Shown: positions 46,830 through 59,699 of the stretch, piece by piece
Layout: the number at the start of each line of letters is the position of its first letter
How positions within the stretch are numbered: position 1 is the stretch's first letter
Assembly: GCA_973895155.1 (NCBI GenBank)
Contig: OZ316893.1
Location: 3,392,490-3,456,489 of the forward strand
Length of the DNA: 64,000 nt
DNA from: Marsupella aquatica
Lineage: Eukaryota > Plantae > Marchantiophyta
Direction: 5' to 3'
The notes under the pieces: generated by a model
What the model saw: only the letters and a program-made list of their open reading frames with translations
Databases searched by the model: none
What the model was told of the DNA's origin: nothing
Position numbers and translations under genes: made by a program

Positions 46830-49329
46830 TATGGACTTCTGAATTCTGAAGGGGTTTGCTGCTTAATTACAAGAGCTAATTTTTGTCACGCGGAATTGAC
46901 GAATCGAAGAGTTGATCTGTAGGTGCCGAAGGTTATTTTGTATTTGCCGAAGGTTATTATGAAAGTGGTGCTACACGTTACGACTTGTACAAGGAGTCAA
47001 AGCACTCCCCTAGCTGGACCTTCACGTTCCAAAAATTTTTTTTGGATGACTTCCACACCAAAGCATTGAATTGTCTGCATGACATCATCTCCAATATATT
47101 CAAAGACAGACTTTGCGAAAGTGATTTTATCTTTTGGAGGACGGTGCAGTTTTCGAGTTTGATTCTTGCAAAGCAGGTCGATCGCTTATCTTTAATTGAT
47201 ATAGGTACCAAAACCCTTTGTGTAAAGGTGCGTAGATGTTTAGGGTTTAGGGTCTTAGCTGCCGTGATCACTGCGCAGCTACTGTAGGCATATGTGACAG
47301 GATTGGCTACAATGAACTGATAACACAGGCTGACCGATGTCGGGAGTCGTCTATCCTGGGACGGAGACCACGAGGTGCCGGGCGGGGCTTCGTTGGGGTC
47401 ATCAAAATTTCTTCAAACAGCTCCTGACATCAAACTGAAGACGTCATTGATGTGTAGGCTTTTTTTATATAAATTTTGTCTTAGAAAGGTTTACGTAACT
47501 TTTCTGGACAATACCAAAGATGATGGCATGGGCAGGTATAAAGATTTGAAGGGTTGCTTTCTTGCACACAAATCGTGAATTCGATCGTATGCGCCGTCCT
47601 CACTCTGGATTTCCTTATGCGGTATTACTCTTCCGAACATTCGTGTGAAAGACAGTGCGGACGTAGATGTTGGCTAAGATCTCGAGGACCTACTTCCCAA
47701 GTACTTTGAAATAAGCATGGCTTAGAAAATTATGACGGCCTGATTGATTGTGACTTACACAAAGATTATAGAATTGAAGCACTGTGAGGAAGCATCTACT
47801 TGCACCTTGCTTAGTGAAAGCTGTATATTGCAAAAACTGGGATCTAATGTGAATCTCTGAATGCTTAGGTTATTATTGGGATTTGCTGCTTTCATCAATG
47901 GCCATTGACGACTCTCCTTCTTAAAGAGCCATGTCTGAACGGTCATCTTAGCTTGGTTCCCCCGAGAGTCACATCAATTGATTCGTAAGTGCGTTTCTGA
48001 TCAGTCATCTTCACTTGGTTCTCCCGATAGTAACTTCAATTGATTCTTAAGAGTGCGTTTGAGCATTATTCAAGTTGAAATGTAGTGTACATGGCTGCGA
48101 ATTTCGCATGACGCTCCGCTAAGGACCCTCCGAAACGTTCAACAATTGCAATGCCACGTATTCCAAAGACAGTCAGATAATTACAACCTGACGTATCCCG
48201 TTTTAGCTGTCTTGTGGATGAGCTTGACGCTGACCTTTAACAAAACTTCGGAGGGACACCCAAATTTTGACAAATTTTAATCTCTTCGCGATACGTTTTT
48301 ATCTAGAAGTAGAATTTATCTGAGGTGGACTTGATCGATAGGCGGAACGACCGCCTTGTCAGCTCCTTTTTCTGGGGCCTGTATAAGTTAACGTGGAAAC
48401 GATATCGATTTGGCTGCGTCTTAGCTGTTCCTAAAGAATTTCTTAAGTGTAGTCTTCTATACTTGACAAGGTAGTGGAAGTGTGCGTAGGCGAAGTTTTG
48501 CTTCATACAGTAGAAGGCCCCTTGTAACAGCTGCCTCGCTCTAAGCCCAAACATGTGTGTCATGTCGCAATCCATGGCAAACATGAGAAATCCGGCAGAA
48601 GGGATGGGCAGCACCAACCAGGAACAGTCACCCTCATGCTCACACAATACTTCTCGTTAGATTCAGTAAACTGCGTTTCTTGTAACAGACACAAGATAAA
48701 GCAATGGTGACACAAGCCTGGGTTGATAGACGCGCAGTCCACAATTGGAGACCGGAAACCTTGTAACAAACAAGATCAAGCGATCGTGGCTTGCTTGATA
48801 GATCCAGCCAAAAATACCCATTAGTACATCTCCTAGAGCTTGTAACTTTTGCGGGGCAACAGGTTACGCCTATTCGCTATGGAGCGCACTATATACTAAA
48901 CGGTCACTATTTGCTAACAACTCTAGATCTCAGGGGTCTACTATAGCATCACACAATCACAGATATGGCGTACCCGACGGTGACGCAACTTGCTTTACAA
49001 CTGTTTTCTCAGCTGGAGAGCCAACAGAGCCAAAAGATAAACACGGCGAGTACTATTCCGACCCTCATTTCACTTTTTTCTGCGCGTTTGACCATTTTGG
49101 CGATTTCGCGACTCCATTTGGGTCATAACTTTCTCCAGGAGTTTCGGATCTGGGTGTTCTTGACGGCTTTGGAAAGATCTTGGCGAGGCGGTGAAGATCG
49201 ATATGAATTGCGCCCCAAACGGTCACCAATTGAGCGAGTTTCATCAGATTTAGGTTTCGCCGTTTTTTCACATTGGCTGCGCGTTTGGCGATCTTGGCGT
49301 TTCCACGACTCGATTTGGGGCAACGTATG

Positions 49330-52300
49330 AGCGAGTCACATCGGCTTTAGGCCATCGCTTCTCCTCCAATTGGTTATTGCCTTCGGGAGCTGTTGCCGCA
49401 CGCTCAATCTAGAGGGCGGATCTTCACTCGCGTCGACTCCCCAACGGACAGATCGACGGGCGTTTCAGCTTTGTTCCTTACTGTTCCTGCACCTGCTCAA
49501 CGGTTTCCTAGGCTAGCGGTGACGCCGTTTCTCGACCTGATGCGGTGGGCTCTCTCCATCGCCTCCCCTTTCTTTTCACATGCCTCGGTTGGGCCTTTTG
49601 TCGCTTCTTGATGCGTTTTTGCTTTTATCGGGTTGCGGCCTGTCATGTCTACGTTGAGAGTGTTGGCGCGGGGCAAGCGCCCAGCCCCACCCCACACTTC
49701 TCCCCCATCCTCCCCTCCCCCTCGTGGCCGTCTTCGTGTTTGCTCTTCTTCACTGGATCTCTCTCATCTTCGTGATGATCCCATGCCCGATGCTCTGCCA
49801 GTCCCCCCCGTCTACTGCCCACCCCATCGTCGCCCTGGCTCCTCTCCCCACCCCATTCCCCCTCCACCCATTCATCATCCTCCTCCGGCCTCCTCGTCCA
49901 CATCTGTTCCACCCCCACCTCCTGTCGAGTCTTTCCCTGCTCCCTCCCCGGACGAGCGTCCCCTGCATACTTGTCCTGACTGTGGATGGGTTGGCATCTC
50001 CCTCCCTCATCATCGCGGGCGGGGCCGGTGCCATCGTCGCCAGCAAGCACAATCCCAGCCTCAGCCCCCTATTGACCCGGTTAGCTCTGCCCCTCCCTCC
50101 TTGGAGGCTCCCGAGCAGGCATGGAGTTGGGTTCGCACTCTAGACCCCCTTCCAGCCTACCATCCAGGGTACATTAGACCTCGCCTTTATAACCACATTC
50201 CTCTGGCGCTGCGCCCTATAGTTCGGTCCTCCTTGTTGCAACTCATGCAGCTTATCTTGGCGCATCCTATGGAGGTCTCCTATTGGTCTTTACTGATGCT
50301 TTTTCCACAGTGGACTCTTACCCTCCCTAGTCATGGTGGTCGTGTGGGTCACCGTGAGACTGCCTCTCGTATCCATCGTTTTTTACGGGGAGATTGGGAG
50401 CAGCTTCAGGAAGAGTACTTTCTTCGCGCCCGGTCTTTTACCGCCCGTGCTTTGTCTGACCCAGCTCGCCACTCTCATCCCCCTGAGCATCGACGTCTTC
50501 GTCGCTCTTGTCGTTTAGCCCAGGCTGGTGAATATTGTCGGGCTGTCCAGGCCCTTTCTCCCACCACACCAGCCCCCCCTGGCGAGGTCACCTCGTTGGC
50601 CCTTCAGGATCTCCATCCGCAGCCCCATGATCAGCTCCCTTTGTTTGTAGAGGATTTTGAGCCTGAGGAGGATCTTCAGTTTAGTAGGGACCACTTCACC
50701 TATGCCTTCCTCCATGCCCCACGTTGTTCTGCTGGTGGCCCCTCCGGCTATGTCTTTGAGCATTTTCGTGATTTATTCCCCCCTGAGGATCCTCAGTTTG
50801 GTTTTCCAGTTTTCTTCTCCTTTTGCCAGTGTATTGCAGCCGGTCGTTTGCCTCCTCCCGTCTCTCGGCTCTTGAGTGCTTCTCGTTTATTGGCCATGGC
50901 TAAGTCTTCGCCGGGTGTTCGGCCAATTGCTATTGGGGAGGTTTTTCTTCGTCTTGTGTCTCGCACACTTTCCTCACAGTTTCGCTCTGCACTATCGGAT
51001 CATCTCTCTCCACATCAGTTTGCAGTTGGCGTTCCTGGCGGTTGTGAGACGGTTATTGCGGGTATTCGAGCTACATTGGACCTCCACCCTGATTGGGTTG
51101 TCCTCCAGGTTGATGTCTCTAACGCTTTTAATACGGTTTCTCGGGCAGCCATTTTTCGTGCTTTGAGGGCGGCGGATCCAGACATCCAGTCCCTGATCCC
51201 CTTTGTCCGTTGTTTTTATGGACTCGAGGCCCCACTCTTCTATAGTCATCACTCCTCTACAGGTGTGTATACCACTCTTTCCTCTGCAGAAGGTACACGT
51301 CAGGGTGACCCTTTGGGTGGGCCTCTTTTTGCCATTGCCCATTTTACAGCTTTACGGGAAGCTGCCATGGCCCACCCCCAGTGTATCTTCCCCTCCCTTT
51401 CAGATGACACCCACATCATTGGTCCTCCTGCCGCGGTTACTTCTGCCCTCGCCACTCTTTCCACCCATTTGATGGGCCTCGGTTTACGAGTTCAGCCTGT
51501 GAAGAGTCGTGCATGGAGTCCAGCTGGGTTACCCTCTGATCTTGTGCTTCCCCCAGGGTTCTTACGTCCAGCCGATGGTCTTCGGGTCCTTGGCTCCCCA
51601 TTCGGTACCGCCTCCTTTTGCTCATCTTTCATCGCTGACTCTATACAGGCTGCCTTAGCCCATACTCCTATGCTCCCTAAGTTAGCAGATTCTCAGGCAG
51701 CATTTGGGATGTTGTTGAGGTGCATCCACCCTCGTGCGTCTTATCTGGCTCGGACGCATCCCCCTACCGAGGATCTTTGTCTCCACCTTCGAGCATTTGA
51801 TGTCTCCATTCGTCAGACCCTGGCCTCTCTTTTAGGTCCGGGTATGTTGCTCTCATCTCCGTGGCTTCATCGACAACTCAGTCTTCCTATTTCGTAGGGT
51901 GGTTTTGGGCTTACTTCCATTGAGAGCCTTGCACCTTTGGCCTTTTTGGGTGCATGGGCGGCCGCCTTCTCGTTGTTGGCCGATCGTTTTCTTATTGAGG
52001 ATCGCCCTTTTTTACTTTCATCTCTCATGGAGGTAGAGGAGGGTTCCCTCCCGTTTCAGGTTCATTTGCGCGTAGCGCGGTCCTCATTACCAGATCCCGT
52101 TCGCGCCGCGTTACCTTCTTTCCAGGAGTTTTTATCCTTGGATCCCGTTCGTCTTCAAGCAGACCTCGCTGGGCGTATGCACACTTTCACCCTTTCCAGC
52201 ATCCTCTCCGAGGCACCTGACACGGACCGAGCTCGGATTCTTTCTTCCAGAGGGAAGGGCGCAGGTGGATGGCTTCAGGCCAATCCAGTCATTCCTCATT

Positions 52301-53290
52301 TGCGGATGTCTTCAACGGAGTTCTCCACAGCCATGCGTCTTCGTCTGGGGCTGCCCCACCCACTTCTTGCAGGTTTACCTCCTTCTTGCACTTGTGGGAA
52401 GCCTTGTGATGCCACAGGTGTCCATCTTCTTCGGTGCAGTTTGGGAGGTGAAACCATTATTGTTCACGACGCTGTGCGAGATGCGACTGCTCAGGTTCTC
52501 TCTGGCTCTTTGGTATGCGTGCGGCGGGAGGTGGTACTCGAGTTACCTGGTCCTCCATCACAGCGGTTACGGGTGGATCTTACCATGGTCCGTGAGGGTC
52601 AACGTACTTTGGCAGATGTTGTGGTGGCACACCCATTGCGCCAAGACATCATTGGGACAGCGGCAACTACGGCAGGGGCAGCAGTGTCACGTGCGGCAAC
52701 AACGAAGGAGGCCAAATATGTTGCACGAGCTTCATCCGACAGCTTCCTCCCCCTTGCTGTGGAGCTATTTGGGCGTCTTCATCCTCAGTTTGATGGGCTT
52801 CTTCGGCAAGCTGCCCGGGATGTTCATGGCCGAATGAGTCCCACCGGACCCCCGCTTTCTATTTTGACCACGCACTTTCGTCAACGCATTTCAGTCACCT
52901 TACAGCGTGCTCAAGCTCGGGCCATCTATCGTCGATCTCTTACAGTGGGTGCTAGTGTGCCTCCGCAGCGGCTAGCTCCCCTTGAGGATGTTCCAATCCC
53001 ACTTGCCGATCTAGTTTTGACTCTTGATGTGGACCATTAGCTTTTTGCCACAATCGGTAGGAATGATGAGGACCTCGGTCCGCTTGGGTTAGTTTTAGTC
53101 TCTCTCTCTTTCTTGGTTTTTAGGGGTTCCCTATTGTTCATTTCTTACTTTTAGTTCCTCTTTCTTGGTGTTTAGTGGTTCCCTTTTGCTCACTTCTTTT
53201 TCGATTGGTTTTGTCCACTTGGGCCCTCTTTTGTTTGTTCATTTGTACTCTGTTTGGTCCCTTTGTATATAAAAAGTGTGTATATTTTTT
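49330..53290 (+). mobile_element. CRE-like REL non-LTR retrotransposon (boundaries approximate)
   Basis: The ORF above plus a T-rich 3' UTR (53041-~53290). No TSD was identified. Confidence 0.6.
49633..53040 (+). pseudogene. Non-LTR retrotransposon ORF (CRE-like): Zn finger - RT - CCHC knuckle - restriction-like endonuclease, one internal TAG at 51895
   Basis: CPDC..HH N-terminal finger; RT SAGGPSG, VRPIAIGE, DVSNAFN, GTRQGDPLG, SLSDD; LPIS*GGFG; CTCG...HLLRC; HDAVRD; RVD..LADV..KEAKY..FLPLAVELFG. Confidence 0.85.
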
Positions 53291-54670
53291 ATCATTTCAA
53301 CTGCTATACCAATACAGCATAGCAAGAAGCGAAGAAGCGCAAGAAAAATATATCAAAGTGCCTAAGGGCAAAAAGGTCGAACCCCAAAGACAAAGCAACC
53401 CAATGGAAAGGGAATACAAGAGGGAAGGGCCCAAGAGTTCTAACAATGCACGGAGTACCCATTACAACCTACGAACAACCACAAAAACCAAGAGCCCCCA
53501 AAGCAGCAAAGAAGACTAAAACCCTAAGAACCGAAAAGCCCGGTAAAGCAAGCTTGGGCAAGAGTCAGTTTCTCCCTAATTAATGTTAGTAAGCCTAATT
53601 AATGAGTGGAGCAGATTCTAGTAAAAAATGACACTTAAATGTGTGGGTTTTTGTACTAATACTATTTAGAGTTGGAATTCACAGAACTAGCAATTCACAT
53701 TTTTGGACTTCCGCTCCTCCTTTGCGCCTACATAGTTTGGCAAGCCCTATTGAGGCTGTGTTCCTTCGTGGTCAATTTATTGTAGTCATGTTAGGTGCAG
53801 TAAACACACTCTTCCCTAGCTATCAGAAGTGAGCGAGCAATGTTTTTGGAACCCTGTAACTATTTCATATGATCTTCAACCAAACAAAATCTCTAGTATT
53901 GATATGCAAAAACGAAATAATTAATAGTACCCCGAGTGTTATATACAACACGAATTAGTGTGACACTAACACCAATGTTACTTAATGTATGCATTATAGT
54001 CTTCGTCTATGATTAACATTCATAACATTAATTGAAAAATCTTCCCTAATAAATCATGAACAAAAGCTAGAGTTGAGGTCTTGGTGTGTCCATCAACATT
54101 CATAACATTAATTGAAAAATCTTCCCTAATAGATATGAACAAAAACACCTCTAGACAGCGACTCTAGAGCCCCACCATGTGAATGGAAAGATATGTATGT
54201 CAAATCACGACCACTCACGATTTTTGTCATAGTTTCTCTTTACAGGGCATTCAGCCTCCTAAACACAAAAATTCTAGGCTGCAAAATTGGCAAAAGGCAT
54301 CGGCGCTAGCCTCCGTGCTAATAGTTACTCCGTACTTATCACGCTCTAGTTTCTCCGTAGCAAAAATTGAGAGTCTAAAAATTTCCACTAAAGTGGACCT
54401 CTCTGGTCTGGCCATTGACATCAGTTGACCACCTTTAATCGTCAGCATGCACAATAAATCCGAACAAAAAGAGAACGGACTACCAGCTGGACCGACGTCC
54501 CTATGTAAGTATGTAGTCCACTGAAGGAGGCCATCATGTAATCCTTATCCCACATATTTGTGCTGTAGATAACTGATCGCACTTTTTCCTCAGGTTCGCA
54601 CCCCAATACTTTCATGCCAGTGCAGAATCGCTTGTAGAGGTAATTCTCCTCCACCGAGTCACCCGGCAAT

Positions 54671-57124
54671 CTAGGCAGTACGCATGCTGCGGCGGACGTA
54701 GTCCAATGCCTTCCCATTACTGATGTCGCCAGCCTTCTTAGCTATGTCGAAGTTGGTTCGGAAGTCACTAGCAACGAAGGGCACGAACTGTGCTGGGTGT
54801 TCATCGTCGATGAGCTCGGGAGGAGCTTCGACGTGCAATGATGGCTGAGGGTCTAAGAAAATGACCATGGAAAATCGCTCGTACTCTTCGTGGAGCGCAA
54901 CACGATGCTCCACGCTGGGAAATCTGCCATTGCTCCAGGCCTGCAAGCACCAGGTCCATCAATTAGCTTTCGAACGCAAATGTACACAACCACCATCAGC
55001 AAGATCTGTTCACAAAAGGGGAATTTCAAGGTCTATTCTGGCGTACCAGCGAAATTCTATCTGTCACGGAAAAAGCCTATCGATCCCACAAGTCACATTA
55101 CACCGAGTAGATAGCCAGAATCATAAGCAACAGCTGAACAGCGAACCCCATCAATAAGAGATTAGATTTGTCAGAAAAGGGAGTTGACCACTATTCTATT
55201 CGCCGTCAGACTCAATTTACGTTTTGCAAAATTACACTCCACCACAATTTCAGCACATCATTTGCAAGAAAAATAATGACAGCCCAAGGCGAAGACTAAA
55301 ATTCATCCATTCATTGATTGAAAACGATTATGATGGCAGAAAATTATTCGAGTGATTGTAAGTACACAACAAGGAAGCAATAGATGGGGACAAGACGTAC
55401 CTCCAAAATGTCGCCGACATTGACTATTAAACTTCCAGGCAGTGGGTTCACGTCGATCCAAACGCTTCCTCCTGGTTTCTTCACTTGCAGTCCCGCCACG
55501 TCCTGCTTCAGAAGAGTAAGAACGCCGGGATCTGAATGAGCTACTGTTCTCCACACGTTGAAGGGAAGTGTGTTGGGTGGAAAATGATGCAACCGCCACG
55601 CGCCACAGCGTTCCGCAGGGTTCTTGAAGTGTCGAGAGTAGAAGTCTGGTTCCAATCCAACACTCTCCGCTAGAAGTTCTAAAATTTGATGTCCCAGTGC
55701 TTCCATGGAGAGACAGTGTTCCTGGACGGTATTACTGCAACAAATGCCCACGGCAATGCATCAGTAATGCTTATGGACTAGATAGGCAAGCACGTCGATC
55801 ACGTGCCGGTCACACTGATCACCCACAAGGTAAGTCCAGTTCATATCGTGTCGATCAGGCGTAACGTGCACATCGCAGCATCCTCGGGTTGGCTATATGA
55901 TATTGAGTATAACACCGAACTGGACATTCTGCAGAGGAGTGTGGAGCGTTGGACATAACGCACACCACCGTAAAATCTAAAGTGGACCCAATGCCTGCTT
56001 CACGTCAACCCCTTACCGGCCTAAATCGGAATCAATGTGAGCAAAGAGGAGATTTTCCTCATATCAAAGAAGAAAAAAACTCCCGAGACGAATCGCTGGC
56101 TTAGGTCCCGACACGAATCGCTAGCTAAAGAACTCTCCGGCGTACTTTCGAAGAGGAGTCATCCACACGGTGGACACGCGAGGATCGTGATATCAGCAGG
56201 GATCGCCTCACCGGCAGCAGTCATCTTTCACATTCTCCAATAAACAATTGACAGACAATTTTCATCTAAATGTGAACGCAGTACATTGCAGAACAAAAGG
56301 TCTCCTTCCGAATACACTTAAATCGTCCAAACGCTTAGCTCTTTCTGAAGCGGATCACTAAAATCGCATCAGGAAAACGTGGGCAGGAGGGAGACTTTGA
56401 TTTACAAAATCGAACTTCAGCTGCCCGGTGGCAAGCAGGCACCCGATGCTGCTGCAATGCTATGAAGAAATGGAAGTTAAGCCTCTGCCAGTATGTCGGG
56501 ACTCCGGAAATCGAATATAGATAGTTGTGGAAGAATACTGAAGGCAACAAACAAATGCATTTAATGCAGCCGCCAATGTTCTTCTATGCACTCAGCAACC
56601 TACGGCAGGACATATTCTTACCTGAACTTTGTGTCGCCGCCGGGCCAAATCTTTGCGGTGAGATTATCCACCGAACAGGACGGATCGCGTGAATCGGCAA
56701 GCGATTCCTTAGAAAGGAGTTGTTCTGCCGACCTCAGCGTCCCTTTGTTATCAACGGAACTCCCAGTGGGACCATCAATTTCTGCGGGCTTCGTTACATC
56801 AGGTGGGAGATCAAAAAAACCTTTGTATCCGAAGAACCTCGCGTTGGGACCATCAATTTTTGCGCGCTGTTTTACATCCAGTGGAAGATCGAAAAACCGG
56901 CGAGCCTGCTCGAGCATCCTAACCTGTAGCTCATCCGTGACGCTGTGGTTCACTACCTGAAAGAATCCCCAAGCTTCGGTTGCCGCTCCAAGCTCCCTAG
57001 CGATCTGCGCTCGCGCTGCTGGATCACCACTTCTAAGGCCCGCTAGGTCAATTAACGGCAACATGGCAGATATGTCGTGCTTCTCAGCTGTCGATTCAGT
57101 GACCGGCGCAGCCGATTGAGCCAT
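54671..57124 (-). CDS. 2-oxoglutarate/Fe(II) dioxygenase, DOXC class (exons 57124-56622, 55734-55401, 54940-54671)
   Basis: LPLIDL...WGFFQVVNH (DIOX_N); HSD; NVGDILE|[14 protein letters not shown]; RFS; GT-AG junctions in phase. Confidence 0.9.
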
Positions 57125-57968
57125 GCTCGCAGACGAAATCACTGGTTGAGGTCCAGATTCGACGAGAAAATCAGCCGCAAAGTCACCTGGGCTACTGTAC
57201 AGGCGAAGCCAGAAACGCACCCAGGCGAACTGTAGAATAGTCCAGTAATTGAAGAAGGATCCCGATCCTGTCCAGCGTCTACCGCAATTTCGAAGGCACG
57301 GCGGTGGAATGCGAATTGCTACAGGAATTCCGCAGCAGGTGCCTCCGCCTCCAGAGCCCCACACGGAAAGAATGCTCGAAAGAATGCGCGAAAAGTAAGT
57401 ACTTATAGTGCTGGATGGTCCCGGCAAGTCTTGGTCGGGCTGCGGCTGCGATGTCGGCTCGTAGCTGCCTACGAACCTATGCGGGAATCATAACAGACGA
57501 CAGTAACTTACTGGACAGCTACTGTACACTGCATTGCTGAGATCCGCTTTTTTATTATCTATCCCCAAACGACGCAACCTGCCCCCGTTTATTTAATTGT
57601 GACGTCGGCCCCATCCATCTAATTGTGACGTCGGCCCCATTCATTTAATTGGGACGTTGGCCTCATTTAATTGTGACGTTGGCCTCATTTATTTAGTTGT
57701 GACGTTGCTCCCCGTTTTGTGTCTGAGTGAATTATTGGGCCCCTCTTTGGTCATCCCTGGGCTTCTTTTTTTTGCCTAGAAAAACCAAACTAAATCCATA
57801 TACATGGCCAGAATACAAAAGGGGAAGGGGGGGGGGGGGGCGGGGGCCAAAAAGGAGCACCACCCAAGGGGACCAGAAGGAGGTCATCACTGGGCTTTTC
57901 CTTTTATTTGTGTTGCTTTGCCTTTAGAACCCTGTCTTCATTTTTTCTTTTCTTTTTCACTATAGTAT

Positions 57969-59127
57969 ACTAGCTCAATACCCGTGCGTTGCACTATCGA
58001 TCAAGATGTCATTCAGAACAACAAATGTCATGTCGGCCAAGGTGTCGGTGAGAACAAAAGATGTCATGTCGGCCAAGAAGTGTTGAGAACAAATGATGAC
58101 GTGTTGGCCAAGAGGTTGTTGAGAAGAAAGATATCATCTAGGCCAAGAGGTTCTGGAAGAAATAGAGGTCGTGTTGCCAATGATGTTATGCCAAATATTT
58201 TGTGAAGTATAACAATGTTGTTAAGTACAAAATAGCTCCCCGGAATAGCTCAATACCCGTGTGTTGCACAAAAGATGTTGTGTCGATCGCCCAAGATGTT
58301 GTGAAGTAAAAAGATGCCGTAAAAAACCAGGATGTTGTTTCGCCAAAGATGTAGTTATGTGAAACACATTGTCAAGTAAAAAGATGTTGTCATAAAAAAA
58401 GAAGTCATTTTGCCAAACATGTCATCAAGTAAAAAGTTGTCATCATGCAAGTAAAACGTTGTCGTGAAGTAAAAAATTATCATTAACAAAAGAGAAGTCA
58501 TTTTGCCAAAGATATCATGAATAAAAGATGTTGTCGAGTAAAAAGATGATGTGGTGCCAAATGGATCGTTATGTAAAAGATATAGTGAAATAAAAAGATA
58601 TCATCAAGTACAAGTATGCCCCTTGCTTGACACCTTGTCATGAACGCAAGTGCCATGATCTTTATTATTCTTTGGATCCCCGTTTGGATCTTATAACTTT
58701 TGTTTTTTTGGCAGTGAAAATGGCACAAAAAATGAATGTAAAAATCACCCTAAATATTGGGAGAATAATATTTTTATTATTAGTGTATAAAGTCCCCCTA
58801 TTGATTGAAATAGTATCTAAAATTTAACTCTTATCAATATTACACAAAACTATGCACTATCTCACTCTATTGAGTATCTACAATCATCCTTATCATGGAA
58901 AGAGGATACTTCTTGATCTTGTGCATTGAGTTAGCACGTCCCTTTTGTTTGCATATCCCATTTGATTCTCTCCTGCTTGAATATGGGTGTGACTCTTTTT
59001 CATTCACACTAAACTAAATTTATTTTGTCTTTATTCCTTCCCTCTACCAAATTTCTTATTTTTGGTGCCCTTGTAAATTTGAATGACACCACGGCAAAAA
59101 ACGTGAGCAACAATGTATTTATTATAG
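57969..59127 (-). mobile_element. Second non-autonomous Helitron-like copy
   Basis: CTAGCTCAATACCCGTGCGTTGCAC end, repeated degenerately at ~58243; same minisatellite; 58989-59127 is homologous to 43620-43752. Confidence 0.6.
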
Positions 59128-59163
59128 TTTAGAATAGTTAAGGGGAGGTCTACCATACACTAG

Positions 59164-59362
59164 CGGTCTTAGTGTTTGGCAGTTTTGTTCTTTTTCACTT
59201 GTTGGGCCTCTTTGGTCTTATGTGGGCTTTTGCCAGTCTTTGGTGTTCTTTTTTCACTTGTTGAGCCTCGTTGGCCTTCTGTGTGCTTTTCCCTTTATTG
59301 TGTTACTTTGGGACCCTATCTCCGTGTTTGGCATTTTTGTTCTTTTTCACGATAGTATATAC
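59164..59362 (+). mobile_element. Short T-rich retroposed insert with a 26-bp TSD
   Basis: TTAAGGGGAG(G/C)TCTACCATACACTAG at 59138-59163 and 59363-59388. Confidence 0.65.
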
Positions 59363-59699
59363 TTAAGGGGAGCTCTACCATACACTAGTTAGGGACCACT
59401 GCCACTCTCATATTCTATAATTATAAAATGCCTAGGCCAAAATGCAATTTCCTAAAATGAGGCATCCATTTGTTCCATTTTTTTACCACCTGTAAAGGAG
59501 GTCTAAGTTTTTGACAAAAGAACATGTACATGGCAAAAATAAGGGACCCACAAAGGCCCACTGACAAATGCCTAAATTTGGTAATTGTTTTGTTGTTTGA
59601 TTGTGCTCCCAAGTTCATGTAAAGTGAAGTCTTGAATTGCCTGTTCTCACATTTGAATGGCTAGGATTGCATCTCGCGCATAGAAAAAAAGGAAATGTT

